Made by a program: the position numbers and the translations under genes. The notes under the pieces were generated by a model. The model saw only the letters and a program-made list of their open reading frames with translations. It was not told the origin of the DNA and searched no databases. A stretch of 64,000 bases of DNA from Octopus sinensis (taxonomy: Eukaryota): the NCBI RefSeq assembly GCF_006345805.1, contig NC_043013.1:19840001-19904000 (forward strand), given 5' to 3'. Below are positions 1-12,701 of the stretch, in pieces (position 1 is the stretch's first letter; each line of letters starts with the position of its first letter).

Positions 1-314
1 CTAATATGTGGCACTTGGTGTAGAATGGAGTTTAATGTAGCTACTCTCATTTGCACCTCCTGCCGTTAGGTATGTTCATTTGGAACTCTCGACAGGAAAA
101 GCTCCAGCCTTATTCAAAAGTGCATATAATTCCTTTTACTTCAACAAAGAAACCTTCGTATTTGGATAGCGAACGACTTAAGCCGAAGTTGCGCTATTAA
201 TCTTGAACGCACACACATTCATATTTATACCATTGTGTTTGTCCGTGTCTATGTGTGTGTTCAAGTCTTGTCAGTATTTTTAAGACGGAACGTGAAAGAA
301 ACCCGTCTTCTATG

Positions 315-350
<36 letters not shown>

Positions 351-354
<4 letters not shown>

Positions 355-546
355 ATTGAAGAAATGGAGTTGAACGAAGATTGAACAGAATTCCTTTTAT
401 TGCATTCTACACATGTTTCAAAAGCCACAATTTTTCAAATTCTGATTAAATAAGGATACCATATTGTGGCTTTCTCTTCTGCTGTGATTTTTGCTACCAA
501 GGTATCGGTTAAACTTTTGATTAATCTGCAACAAGATTATTCATCT

Positions 547-550
<4 letters not shown>
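351..550 (-). mobile_element. Short Penelope-like (PLE) terminal-repeat remnant embedded in (TA)n, with a degenerate hammerhead-like motif
   Basis: About 200 bp of unique sequence between two TA arrays. 11-bp inverted repeat AAAGCCACAAT (421-431) / ATTGTGGCTTT (463-473), flanked on the minus strand by CAGAAGA and GAAACATGT. PLE assignment is inferred from motif layout only. Confidence 0.3.
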
Positions 551-625
<75 letters not shown>

Positions 626-1449
626 TCAAAATTGTACTGCGCATTAAGATCACCCTTAGTAATGTAAACATTGTCGATCGCACAAATGTATTGTATTTGT
701 TTGGTTTAAACGCCCACTTGCTGTGGCATATTGTCCGGGGAAACCTTCGCACACGATGGCAAGTGTTCATGAAGAGCGAGTGTTCTACACCTGACGAGAC
801 AACTTGCCCCGACGATGGCAACATTTCCCCATTATTGCAGCTTATCAATACCATGTATTTTGATTACCTGGAAAAATAAATGATCACTGGTCTTGGACTT
901 ATATGCAAACAGAGATCTGTTTATTTGCATATTAGATGCTTATCAGATGCTCTTTTTATGGTAAATATTGATTTTGATTTATCACTGTTGATGTTGATGT
1001 GTAGAAGTGATTAATAACTGGGCACTATGCCGTTCTGTTAAAGCATCAGTGACTTCATATATAATAAATTATATACAAAGCTGTATATATTCAACACAGA
1101 TGGGGATATATTTGCAGTTACTAAACATTTATGCGTGTCTATATAGAACTATGAGTTAAACAAACATGGCAATATGGCAAACAACTATAGCGCCCGAAAT
1201 ATTGACTTTGAAGCCATTTTTTTAATAAAATACGCCAACTTGACCACTGAAATATTATCTTTTCATCAAAATTATATATATATATATAATATATATATAT
1301 ATTATATATATATATATATTATATATATATATATGTATGTATATATTTGCATATATGTATGTATGTATATATATATATGTATATATATATGTAATGTATG
1401 CATGTATGTATATATATATATATGTATAGGATTCTCTTAATATACTTAC

Positions 1450-1615
1450 TTGAAGTTCTGCCAATGTTTTGGCGCTTCTCTTGGCAGAATTTTAACAAAT
1501 ATTTCCAGTTGGAGTGCAATGGATTGACATATCAAATGAAACTTGCTGAAGTTTTCATGTAAATAAAAGGAATGTAATTTTGGAAAACTGATAAAATCAC
1601 GAGGTGCACACTGAA
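1450..1615 (-). CDS. Candidate coding exon of an unidentified spliced gene
   Basis: Acceptor tattcttacAG at 1616-1617 and donor GTAAGT at 1449. One open frame (IQCAPRDFISFPKLHSFYLHEN...APKHWQNFK), phase 1 in and phase 2 out. No homology recognised. Confidence 0.35.
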
Positions 1616-2084
1616 CTGTAAGAATACAACAAACAATAGCGTTCATTCTGAATACGCTCTGGCAGATTCGCACGTGAATATGCGGATCACTGTTGTATCT
1701 CGTCATGAGAGGATACATCCCCACTTTAGACAATGTGTGCTTGTATCACAAGCTGTTACTTGATGTTTGGAACCTTTGAGACACTACTATGTATCAACTT
1801 TATTGCGTCTTAACAAGCAAAACTTTACTCGGTTCAATAATTGCGTTATAACATCTAACATTTTCTCCCATTGATATAAAGTTGTTAAGTAACTGCGATG
1901 GTCCGCGGACATTTTCGACTTTATCTCTCACTTCCCCGATATGTATGGCAGAGCAGTATTGTTGACCCTGTCACAATATTTATATATTCCAGGGACAGAA
2001 TTAATTCCTGATCTTGTTTGTTTGTTTTTTTAATTGCTGGTTAAATCTCTACCTTATGTGCCCTATGAATCCTTTGAACTATGA

Positions 2085-2371
2085 AAACGGGAGCCTTTAA
2101 GTACAGTGTTGTAACAGGCGCTCGGTCAGTTACAACGACGAGAGTATCAGTTGATCCGGTCAGCAGATCAGCCTGCTTGTGAAATTAACGTGCAAATGGT
2201 TAAGCAATCCATAGACAAGTGCGCCCTGAACGTAGTTCTCAGGAAAATTCAGCATGACACAGAATGTGACAAGGTTGGGCCTTTGAATTACAGGTAGAAC
2301 ACATTTATGCCAGGTATCGAACTCATGACTTTGAGATCTTGAGCCGAATACCCTAACCACTAAGCCACGCG
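2085..2371 (-). mobile_element. tRNA-derived SINE (family D here)
   Basis: Minus-strand head CGCGTGGCTTAGTGGTTAGGG...GAGTTCGATACC has Pol III A and B boxes. Body matches the copy at 58829-59149. Confidence 0.8.
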
Positions 2372-3432
2372 TTTTCAGGGATCCCCCTTTTACGACATTT
2401 TCGTTGGTGTTTAAATGGGAAGGGTAAGGATTAGCTGATTACACCTTATCGATTGAGTTATGTGACATGTGACTATCGATAGTTTCGGCTTTTTAAAAAG
2501 CGTGTAATTTTTGTGGATCTGGAAAACTAACATTGAAATAATACTCCCAGTAAAGATCTAGCTTAGTAGGAGTACACACATTTTTACTATATTTTGGATA
2601 GGAATTTTTTTACTGAACTTCCAGGTTCCGTGGGTGTTCTTTGGAAAATATTCTTCGTTACAGCATTTAAATGGTTAGATACCACACATTTCAAAATATC
2701 CTCCTCAGAGCGTATATTCCCTACTTATTCCAGAGTTATGTTATAGAGTTAGCATGAGACGAAGAATATCTGTGTAGTATTTGTGTTCAGTTTTCTATGA
2801 TATTTTCGTTATTAAATCTAGACTGGTGTCCAGGAATATAGAACGATGTTGTAAATAACGAGCGATGTCATAAATAACACTGACAAACGAGATATACACC
2901 GCTGGAAGTTCTTGTTGACAAAAAACAAAAGCAGTAACTTAATTCAGCTGAATACACGTCATTGATTGGTTGAAATTACCGAAATACGACAACTTTGACG
3001 TGAAATAACTTCGTAAATATAAGTTTTTCTCAAAAATGCTAAGAGTAAAAGGTGTTTTATATGACACATTCTACCAATGTCCGAAGTTTGAAAGTATTTA
3101 GTTACAAAAAAATATTTTTTAAATCTGTAGGTCAAAAGGTAAAGATCCAATGTTTTCAATGTTAGGTTTGTTGGATCAAGACTTTTAACCCTGAGATGGC
3201 CGGTAGGAGAAAGATCAGTTTAAAAGCATAACACCTAGACAAGAAAAATATACAGCAATATATTTCGCCCTATTCATTACCATTCTGCTAGAACTGTCCA
3301 GAAATGGTACTTTCTCCATCACCGACAGTATGAACGGCAAAATTGACACGGGCACCGTTAGAAATCAGAGCTTAGACGACTCGAATAAGCAAAGCCACGT
3401 ATTCTATTTGACACTATGATTCTTCTATTTAC

Positions 3433-3733
3433 TTGTAATTTTCTGGATCCAGAGGGATTTTCGGTTGAACAACAACATTAAAACGAGAATACACTCACCA
3501 TTACACGACAGAGACACACACAAAAAACTCACGCCAAAAAATAAATCATTCAAACACCGTCTTCGCAGATAGAAGTTTTCACTCGCTGCAACCAAATGGC
3601 AAAAATTTTCAGCGAAATGGACAGATATAATTTTACTATAACCACAGTGGAACTCAATGTTGATTCTACTAGAGAAATCACCACATCTCAAAATGGGTTG
3701 CCTATCATTTTTATCATTACAGTCTTCCATACA
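3433..3733 (-). CDS. Candidate coding exon (Cys-rich, unidentified)
   Basis: Acceptor ttcctcatatacAG at 3734-3735 and donor GTAAAT at 3432. 301 nt open in one frame; the phase-1 end is compatible with exon 1450-1615. Confidence 0.35.
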
Positions 3734-3860
3734 CTGTATATGAGGAACGCCTCTAAAAGATTATCTATGTTTCAATTTACTACGTATAATGAAACATTTC
3801 ACAGCGTGCAAGTAATTATGTCTAACTCGAAATATCTCATATATTTATATAATTACTTAC

Positions 3861-3908
3861 TTTGAAGAAGAGAAAATAATATATTCTATTAATGTCTGAT
3901 AATGACAT
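3861..3908 (-). CDS. Candidate first coding exon ([16 protein letters not shown])
   Basis: Donor GTAAGT at 3860, followed by a 127-nt intron to acceptor 3734. A phase-0 join gives this reading; the start codon is uncertain. Confidence 0.2.
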
Positions 3909-3991
3909 TCACAGATACATGCTGGTTTTTCATGTTTATATATATTATATATATATATATTATATATATATATATGTATGTATATATATAT

Positions 3992-4023
<32 letters not shown>

Positions 4024-4077
4024 ATATAGTATATATATATATATGTATGTATATGGTATACATACATACATACATAT

Positions 4078-4145
<68 letters not shown>

Positions 4146-4256
4146 CATATATATAGTATAAATTTATGGTATATATGTATATATATATGTATATATATAT
4201 ATATATATACTAATATACAAATACATATATGTGTATATACATGAATAAGCATATAT

Positions 4257-4302
<46 letters not shown>

Positions 4303-4456
4303 TTGTATTTAAGAGTGTAATAAATATTCGCAAGATAATATATTCATCATTTTCTGTATATGCTATAGTCACCGACACTTCTTTTTCTCTATTCTCTTTT
4401 ATGTGTTTATGTACATGTATATATGCATCTACGTGTGAATGTGTGTGTCTATATAT

Positions 4457-4498
<42 letters not shown>

Positions 4499-4950
4499 CA
4501 TACATACTTACACAAGCGTATACTGAGATAACATGTGTTATTGGACATGATATAAAATATTGTGTGACATATATCGTGATATATAAGTTATTGTTGAATG
4601 GAACTGCTAGAAATGATTGAGTGCGGCTTTATATATGATACTGAGTGTAGCCTGCACAGAAACCACTGAGATAAAGATGCTATAAGATATTTGAGTGAAC
4701 CATGAATCGAACTATCGAACGATATAACTTAAGCTCTCGTGAGTGATAGATCTTCAATACGGTTGTTCATCCGTATAAAGATATTCTAGACTGTTCTAGA
4801 CTGTTTTAAAGGGAAATAAATGTTGATATTGTAGTGCTGAGTAGAGAAATATAGCAAACAAACATGTTGGTCATTTTGGGAATGACTCAGATCATAGTTA
4901 TAGTAGATAATGACTGGTTGACTGCTAAACAACTAAGACGATTTTCTTCT

Positions 4951-5165
4951 ATTCTTTTACCTATTTCAGTTATTTGACTGCGGAAATGCTGGAGCACAGC
5001 CGTTCAAGGATTTTATTCTAACAAATAGACCCAGGACTTATTTTTAAACCTAGTACTTATTTTATTGGTCACTTTTCCCGAACCGCTAATTTAGGGGGAC
5101 GTAAACACATCAACACTGGTTCTCAAGTAGTGACGTGGGGGGCACAACACAGACACAAAGACACA
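4951..5165 (-). mobile_element. 3' half of CORE-type SINE (family B), split from its head by the Tc1 insertion
   Basis: Matches tails at 10591-10790 and 20614-20815 (cttttac..tttcagt..tttgactgcgg..atgctggagcac; cctagtactta; gccgaaccgcta). Confidence 0.8.
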
Positions 5166-5223
5166 CATATAAACATATACATGCATGCATATACACACGT
5201 ACATACATACATACTTACATATA

Positions 5224-6500
5224 CAGACAAGCAGAAAGTAAATAGACACCATTAATTTTCAAAATTTCTGATCTAAGCGTCTTAATATGTTTTCAGCGGT
5301 ATAGAATTTATAATTATTTATTCTTTTTCATTCCAGATACCATTATATATTAAACATTTACGAAGAGTAACCATGCCACACACAAAAAATTCAGCAGAAC
5401 TATCAGATTTTCAAAGAGGTCGTCTTGTTGGGCAATCAGAGGCTGGTCTTAGCCAGCGAAAAATTGCCAAAAATCTTCAAATTCCTCTTGCTGCTGTTAA
5501 TAGAATTCTAGTGCAATTCAAAAGCCAAGGAAAAGAATCAACAGATTCTCGTCCCGGCCGACTTGGGCCCTTGGAAAAGGAGCTTCGCTGTTTGAAGAGA
5601 ACTGTCGAAAACGAACACCGTTCAAAGGCTTCTGATATTGCAAAACAGCTCGAAGTTAGTCCAAGAACGTGTGTTACATATCTGCATCAGCTTGGGTATT
5701 ATAGACGAGCAGCTAGAAGAAAACCTCTCCTTCAACCAATTAATATCATGAAAAGAAAGAAATGGGCCAAGGAGATGTCAGAGAAATCCAGTTCATTTTG
5801 GGATAGAGTAATTTTCTCAGATGAATCCAGATTTGCATTATTTTCAGACAGTGGATGTGTTTGGGTCTGGAGGTTTTCCAATCACGAATTTGATTTGAAA
5901 TGACTCCAACCAACTGTGAAACATGGTGGTATCTCTGTAATGGTACAGGGAGTTGTCACCAGCAATGGTCCCTTTGAGCGGATCGAATGTGTTGGAACCA
6001 TAAACTCTGAAAAATACATCGAATACTTAAGCAAGGACTACTTCCAATGTATTCATACAATAACATAACGAAAGATGAGTTTTTTTTTTCATGGAAGACG
6101 TGGCTTCATGACACACAGCGAAATGGAATCAACAATGGCTGACTGAAAATGGGATTAAAAAGCTTCCTTGGCCGAGCCTATCTCCTGACATGAACCCAAC
6201 TGAAAATCTTTGGAGCATACTAGATAGAGCTATACGGAAAACTCGTCAGAAACCTAAATCTAAAGATCAATTGTTTCGATTGTTGCGTGAAAAGTGGGCA
6301 GAAATTCCACAATAGACAATCACAAAGCTCATCAGTTCAATGCCAAAAAGAGTTTCTGAATTAAAAACTGCAAAGGAAATGTCGACTAAACACTAATGTA
6401 TGTGGTCCTACCTATCGATTACATTTCAATTGTTCGCTTTGCGTATTAAATAAAAGATTTTGAAAATTAAAGGTATCTATTTACTTGCTGCATTTACTTG

Positions 6501-6504
<4 letters not shown>
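5224..6504 (+). mobile_element. Tc1-family DNA transposon, defective, about 1.28 kb, short imperfect TIRs
   Basis: TIRs CAGACAAG..AAGTAAATAGACACCATTAATTTTCAAAAT (5224-) and the reverse complement ATTTTGAAAATTAAAGGTATCTATTTACTTG..CTTGTCTG (-6504), in TA context, enclosing a transposase. Confidence 0.9.
5373..6396 (+). pseudogene. Tc1 transposase pseudogene (DD34E)
   Basis: Paired-like HTH N-terminus with GRLG; ARRKPLL; VIFSDESRF; PTVKHGG; WPSLSPDMNPTENLW with 34 residues between D and E. Premature stops (e.g. 5901-5903) and a frameshift near 6040-6080. Confidence 0.92.
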
Positions 6505-6548
<44 letters not shown>

Positions 6549-6575
6549 ATATGTATTATAATATATGTGTGTATA

Positions 6576-6641
<66 letters not shown>

Positions 6642-6804
6642 GATGGGCTTTTTTCAGTTTCCGTCCACCAAATACATTCAGAAGGTTTTGTTTGGTCTGA
6701 GGCTAGAGTACAAGATACTTGCCCGAAGTTCCACGCAATGGAACTCAATTAAGAACCATGTGGTTGGGAAGCTATCTTCTTACAACACAGACACGCCTGC
6801 GCCT
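6642..6804 (-). mobile_element. 5' half (tRNA-like head plus CORE-like region) of SINE family B
   Basis: tttcagtttccgtccaccaaat..cacttgccc(a)ag..ccacgca..aaccatgtggttgggaagc matches the head half of full copies. Confidence 0.8.
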
Positions 6805-6949
6805 ATTTGGAGTTGTAGTTTCTTTCGTAATTTGTAATTTTGTGGGGCTTTATTGCCTTGGATGCAATATTTGAAATATCTCAATGAAATGAGATAACGT
6901 TCATTAGCGATGACCCATCCACAGTTTTAGAGTCCGTCGCCTCAGCAAT

Positions 6950-7112
6950 TTGTTCCCCTTCATCTCAGGTATTAGTGCCCTCACCTCAGGTATTAATGTC
7001 TCCCATCACAGGGAAAGATGTTTTCCACCTCAGGGATAAATGTATGTTACCTCAGATATTAGTATCCCTCACTTCTGTGGAGTTCTCAGGTATTAATGTA
7101 CCGACCTCAGCA
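6950..7112 (+). repeat. Degenerate 21-22 bp minisatellite (CACCTCAGGTATTAATGTCCCT)
   Basis: About 7 recognisable units read directly. Confidence 0.6.
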
Positions 7113-7152
7113 ATATGTATGTAAATATATTATATATATATATATATATTAT

Positions 7153-7203
<51 letters not shown>

Positions 7204-7304
7204 ATGTATATATATATACATATATATATGTATATATACATATTATATATATATATATATATATATACATAGATACATACATAGATACATAGATACATAG
7301 ATAC

Positions 7305-7400
<96 letters not shown>

Positions 7401-7549
7401 GTATGTAGGAATGTATTTAAGCATCAGCATCATTAATATTAGGTTTGCGTTGTTTACACTTTCTTTATAATATAAACACATTCGATTGTAGTTTCTTTCC
7501 TTTCAACTGAACATAACTATTGTAGATAGTTGCCAAGAAACTATGCTAT

Positions 7550-7957
7550 AAAATGCTGACTAGACAGAATAATGTGTATTTTGATATAGTTTAAAACTGT
7601 ATATACTGTGACTACTGTGACAATACCACAACCTAACTAACCGATAACTGTATATTACCTCTAGCAGACTGATATATATTTACACTGGCAGACGGGTATA
7701 TATTTTGATACAGTAAAAGCTGTTTATTCCGAATAACAATGACGTGTAAGTCTCTATATTTGCACAAGAGATAAAGCATTGTATTCTGTCATTACACAAG
7801 GGTGTATGTTATGACACCATATTAAGGGTATATAAAATAGTGTGTATATTCTAACATGACATAAAGATGTATATTTTGAAAACACACAAGAATGTTTATT
7901 GGCCACGGTGTATATTTGAACCTTACCCAACGCGGTTTATTCTGACGTTACACAAGA

Positions 7958-8011
<54 letters not shown>

Positions 8012-8111
8012 TTTATTTAAAGGAGCAGAAAATTCAACAAAACCTGTTACTCTGAGTTTCCCGTTGCCGTTCATCGGACAGTTTTTGTATGTATGTATGT
8101 ATGTATGTATG

Positions 8112-8156
<45 letters not shown>

Positions 8157-8340
8157 CATACTTACACGAGGGTGTGCATTTGGGTACCATTGAACGTTAT
8201 ATAGTCTGACAGTACACAAGTATATATATTCTGGCATTTAACATGGCTGTATATTATTCTGACACTAGATCAAGTAGTATATTACTTCATGGGACTATAT
8301 ATCTTGACGACAGTCTACATAATTATGTGTATCCCTAGAA
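7550..8340 (+). repeat. Old, degenerate 22-24 bp minisatellite (GTATATTCTGACANTACACAAG-like) interrupted by microsatellites
   Basis: Recurrent gtatatt(c/t)tgac..tacacaag words at roughly regular spacing. Confidence 0.4.
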
Positions 8341-9014
8341 GAATAAACCAATATCTTATGCTGTTAAGTGGCTCAAGTAAAGTGGAAAGGATTAATGCCT
8401 AGACGAGCTGCTAGTGTTGTTTGACATCGAGCCTGACATATGTTTATTGGTGAAACTGTTATCGAAATATTCCTCGTGTGAAAGCTCAGGAGATGATTAA
8501 TAAGTAAAGTACATTTACGGAAATTACTCTTTTATTTGCGCTCAGTTGCCATTGCAAATACTAGAAGAGAGAAGAAGTAATAATTGTAGATAGTGATTTA
8601 AGTGGTTGACATCAATTTAATTGCTTAATGTAGCGCCAAATTCTGGCTTAACCTGTTGCAATTGAAACCTTGCAAGTAATTCTGCACACAAGATTATTAT
8701 CCGGTCCCATGTCAATTGGAAATGGCCAGACCATGAAAACTGTTTATCTTAACCTGTGCAGAGTATGATGCAAGATTCTATTTGATTAATAGAATGGAGG
8801 AATTAATAACATCAAGGATGCAGTTGGTGATGGAGACGGCAAATATGACGGAACTTAGCAGCTAATACAATATTATTGTGAGCAAAAGTATATCCTTCTT
8901 ACAAACCAAAGACATCGAATGATATTTATGTTGACGAAAGCTAACGTGGAAAGTTTTAGATGGAATTTACAAATGCTAGAAATAAACAATCAGTGAGGAC
9001 ATTCATACTAAAAG

Positions 9015-9185
9015 GGGCAAAATTTAATACCAGAGGTGAGGACTCACATGTCAGAGGCGGGGACACTATTACAAGAAGAGAGGGACGCTAATACAAGAGG
9101 TGGGAACAGCTATACCATATGTGACAAACAATAATGCCCGATGCGAGGACATTAACACCAGAGTGAAGACATTAATACATGGACA
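9015..9185 (-). repeat. Same 21-22 bp minisatellite as 6950-7112, in inverted orientation
   Basis: Reverse complement contains cacctctggtattaa, cacctcttgtattagcgtccct and cactctggtgttaatgtcct. Confidence 0.5.
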
Positions 9186-9332
9186 AAATGTCTTCTTAAC
9201 AAAATACATAAGTAAACCATATCATGAATAGCGAAAGCGAAACCGGTCGATATATTAAAAATTATATTAAAACTATGTAAAGTGTGTGTATTTTCCTTTT
9301 TTAAATTTCTTATACATACATATGTACATATA

Positions 9333-9411
<79 letters not shown>

Positions 9412-9468
9412 GTATATATATATATATATGTATATGTATATATATGTATATATGTGTGTATATATATA

Positions 9469-9512
<44 letters not shown>

Positions 9513-9565
9513 CATGCATACATACATACATACATACATACATACATACATACATACATTCACAT

Positions 9566-9935
9566 ATGAAGGCCGGGCGAAATGCTTAGCGGTATTTCGT
9601 CTGCCGCTACGTTCTGAGTTCAAATTCCGCCGAGGTCGACTTTGCCTTTCATCCTTTCGGAGTCGATTAAATAAGTACCAGTTACGCACTGGGGTGGATA
9701 TAATCGACTTAATCTGTTTGTCTGTCCTTGTTTGCCTCTCTATGTTTAGCCCCTTGTGGGTAATAAAGGAACAGATATTTCGTCTGTCTTTACGTTCTGA
9801 GTTCGAAATCCGCTGTGGTCGGCGTTGCCTTCCATCATTTCGGGGTCGGTAAATTAAGTACCAGTTGCGTATTGGACTCGACCTCATCAACTGACCCCTC
9901 CACAAAAATGTCGGGCCTTGTGCCAAGACTAGAAA
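9566..9935 (+). mobile_element. SINE family A, head-to-tail composite (two core units)
   Basis: gggcgaaatgcttagcggtatttcgtctg..gttctgagttcaaattcc..gtcgactttgcctttcatcctttcgg..ataagtaccagtt, with the core repeated twice. Confidence 0.85.
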
Positions 9936-10469
9936 AGATTACTAAATATATTTATTAATCGACTTAAATATTATAAATATCCTGGTTAATATACAAATTT
10001 AAAGCTACAAACCATTTTGAAGATCTTAAATACTTATCTTAGCGAGGTTGAGTTTGATAATAGAGTTTATTATAAGTAAAATTATTATATTATTTATATC
10101 TTAAAAATATTGTTTAAATATTTCTGATTATTTTTTAAATATTTCAATTAACCTGAAGATTGACTGTAACCATAACTCGAATTATTAATTGAATTTAAAT
10201 TATTGTTATTCGAATTGGTACAGCCATGAAACGATCATCGTGTTTTACTCTTTATCTTTTATTAAACTTTTAATACTTTTGATATATATTTAAAATAATA
10301 TAAATTAAATTAAATTTATGTATTGGCTTATGTTTTTCATTGTTTGATTTACCTAATAGTAGTTTTATCTCTAATTTAATATAATATAATATATTTATAC
10401 TATAAAATTGGATTTAATCCTAAATCTGATTTTTCCCTGTAAGTTTGGATTTATTCCCTAATATTTTAT

Positions 10470-10519
<50 letters not shown>

Positions 10520-10543
10520 ATATATATATATATATATATATAT

Positions 10544-10581
<38 letters not shown>

Positions 10582-10590
10582 TCTGTTTAT

Positions 10591-10980
10591 TCTCTTTTAC
10601 TTGTTTTAGTCATTTGGCTGCAGCCATTCTGGAGAACTACCTTTAGTCGAGCAAATCGTCCCTTGGATTTATTCTTTGAAAGCCTAGTACTTATTGTATC
10701 GCTCTCTTTTGCCGAACCGCTAGTTTACGTTGACGTAGACACACCACCATCGGTTGTCAAGAGATGTTTGGGAGGGGGACAAACACAGACACAAAAACTT
10801 ATACACATACATACATATATATATGCATATATACGACGGGCTTCTTTCAGTTTCCATTTACTAAATCTATTCACAAGACTTTGGTCGGCCCGAGGCTATA
10901 GTAAAAGACACTTGCCCAAGGTGTCATTCAGAGGGAATGAACCCAGAACCATTTGGCTGGTAAGCAAGCTACTTAGCACA
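10591..10980 (-). mobile_element. Full-length CORE-type tRNA SINE (family B) with internal microsatellite
   Basis: Minus-strand head with box-like motifs, then ccttgggcaagtgtctt (CORE-like), an internal (TA/CA)n tract, and the tail ..aaacaagtaaaagag. Confidence 0.85.
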
Positions 10981-11142
10981 CACACATAAATATATATACA
11001 CATACATAAGTATATACATATATACACATGTACATATATACATATGCATAAATATATATATGTGTGCACGCATACGCGTGTGCGAATGTGTGTATGTGCT
11101 TGCATATGCGTATGTATATATGTATATGCACATGTGCATGTG

Positions 11143-11179
<37 letters not shown>

Positions 11180-11624
11180 GTGTATGTGTATATATATATA
11201 TATGCATGTAAGTCTGTGTAAGCGCGATTGCGCCTGAGTGTACCTATATGTGTATGTGTATAGGTGTATATATATATATATATATATTTGTAATTCTATG
11301 AGAATTACTTAATGCAGTTTTGAAGTGTATAGGCGATTTTTTAAAAAAAAAGTTATAAAATCTTTTACCAGAATATCACTGAACATTTTTGGAGAGTTTT
11401 TTTTTCCTTGTGTGTGAGCGCTATCGGTTGCCTAGACGCAATTTAAAACCAAAAGAGAAATAATTCACCGTCACTAACAGTGAGTGTGAGTGCTGGGAGT
11501 ACCACCATTGCTAGAAATAAGAGTCAAAGACTCATTAGCTACAAACAAAACACATGTTCTCTGTACTGTCATGGGAGATAAACTCACCACAACAAGGGAG
11601 GGTGTACACTGGCGCGCACGCACA

Positions 11625-11684
<60 letters not shown>

Positions 11685-12306
11685 CAAAGAGCACTCTCTT
11701 CTATCATCATCCTTAAGTTAAATCTGACACCGCCTCTAATGATGAGAGGTGAAAACAACCCCTGTGTTTCTGCTAAATAAATCTCGATATATGAAGATAT
11801 GAAAGAACAAGGCATAAGGAACGAGAGGAAGAGAAAAGGTAGAATTGTCTATGAGTAAATGTTTTTGAAAATGGAGATGACATATACTCCTTAAATCTGC
11901 TGGAAATAGCAGTTAAACTTCCCACGATCATACGCATCTGATTTATAGAAAAGCTATATTAAATGACATCATTTGTGATATTCCCATTCTAGGATAATTG
12001 CGACTAGAACCACCTGCAAAGTAAATCAAACGATATGACGGTGTGCCAGTGAAAGTATACAAACCCATATAGTGACGATAAGTTATATGGCATTTAATTA
12101 ATATTGCCATCCGTAATTAAGATACAAAATAATTACTTTTAATCACAAGAACTTGTCACAGAAAGAGCCAAATTGATAGCTCCGAAATTGAGATTGATTA
12201 CAAATTATATAAAGACATGAAGTGATGGAATAATCTGATTATTGGTAAATATAGTGACACCTTTGCATATGCTTTGGTATCATTTGGCTTCCTCAGTTAT
12301 TACTTA

Positions 12307-12701
12307 TCTTTATATATAAAAGTGAAGTTGTGTGACTGTCTCCTACGATTTAGATTCCTAACTACTCCCAAATTTTGCGGTGCAGTGTAACCAAAAGAGG
12401 GTATCTTATGGTCGTGATTCATATCGAGCCCTTCTGGATATTAGCGCGCGTCTACGATGAGTCTACGATTTAAAAAAAAAATTACCGTAATTTTTTTCCC
12501 ATTTTTAATGCATTTTTTGCTATTATATAAGGGAAGTAACTCTCTAAAAATGTATTATTAAATCTCAGAACGTAAAAAGCTACAGCAACACCCCGCTTTA
12601 TGGTTAGCCATATTGAGATGACTATTATACCTTACATCTCTAAAAATGCTTATATAGTTATTTCCCTTACAAACCCGAGCAACGCCGGGCAATACTGCTA
12701 G
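12307..12701 (+). mobile_element. Non-autonomous Helitron, 395 bp
   Basis: A|TC 5' end (TCTTTATATATAAAAGTG), 3' hairpin CCCGAGC-AAC-GCCGGG (12674-12689), CTAG end (12698-12701) followed by T: the canonical A^T target. Confidence 0.85.
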
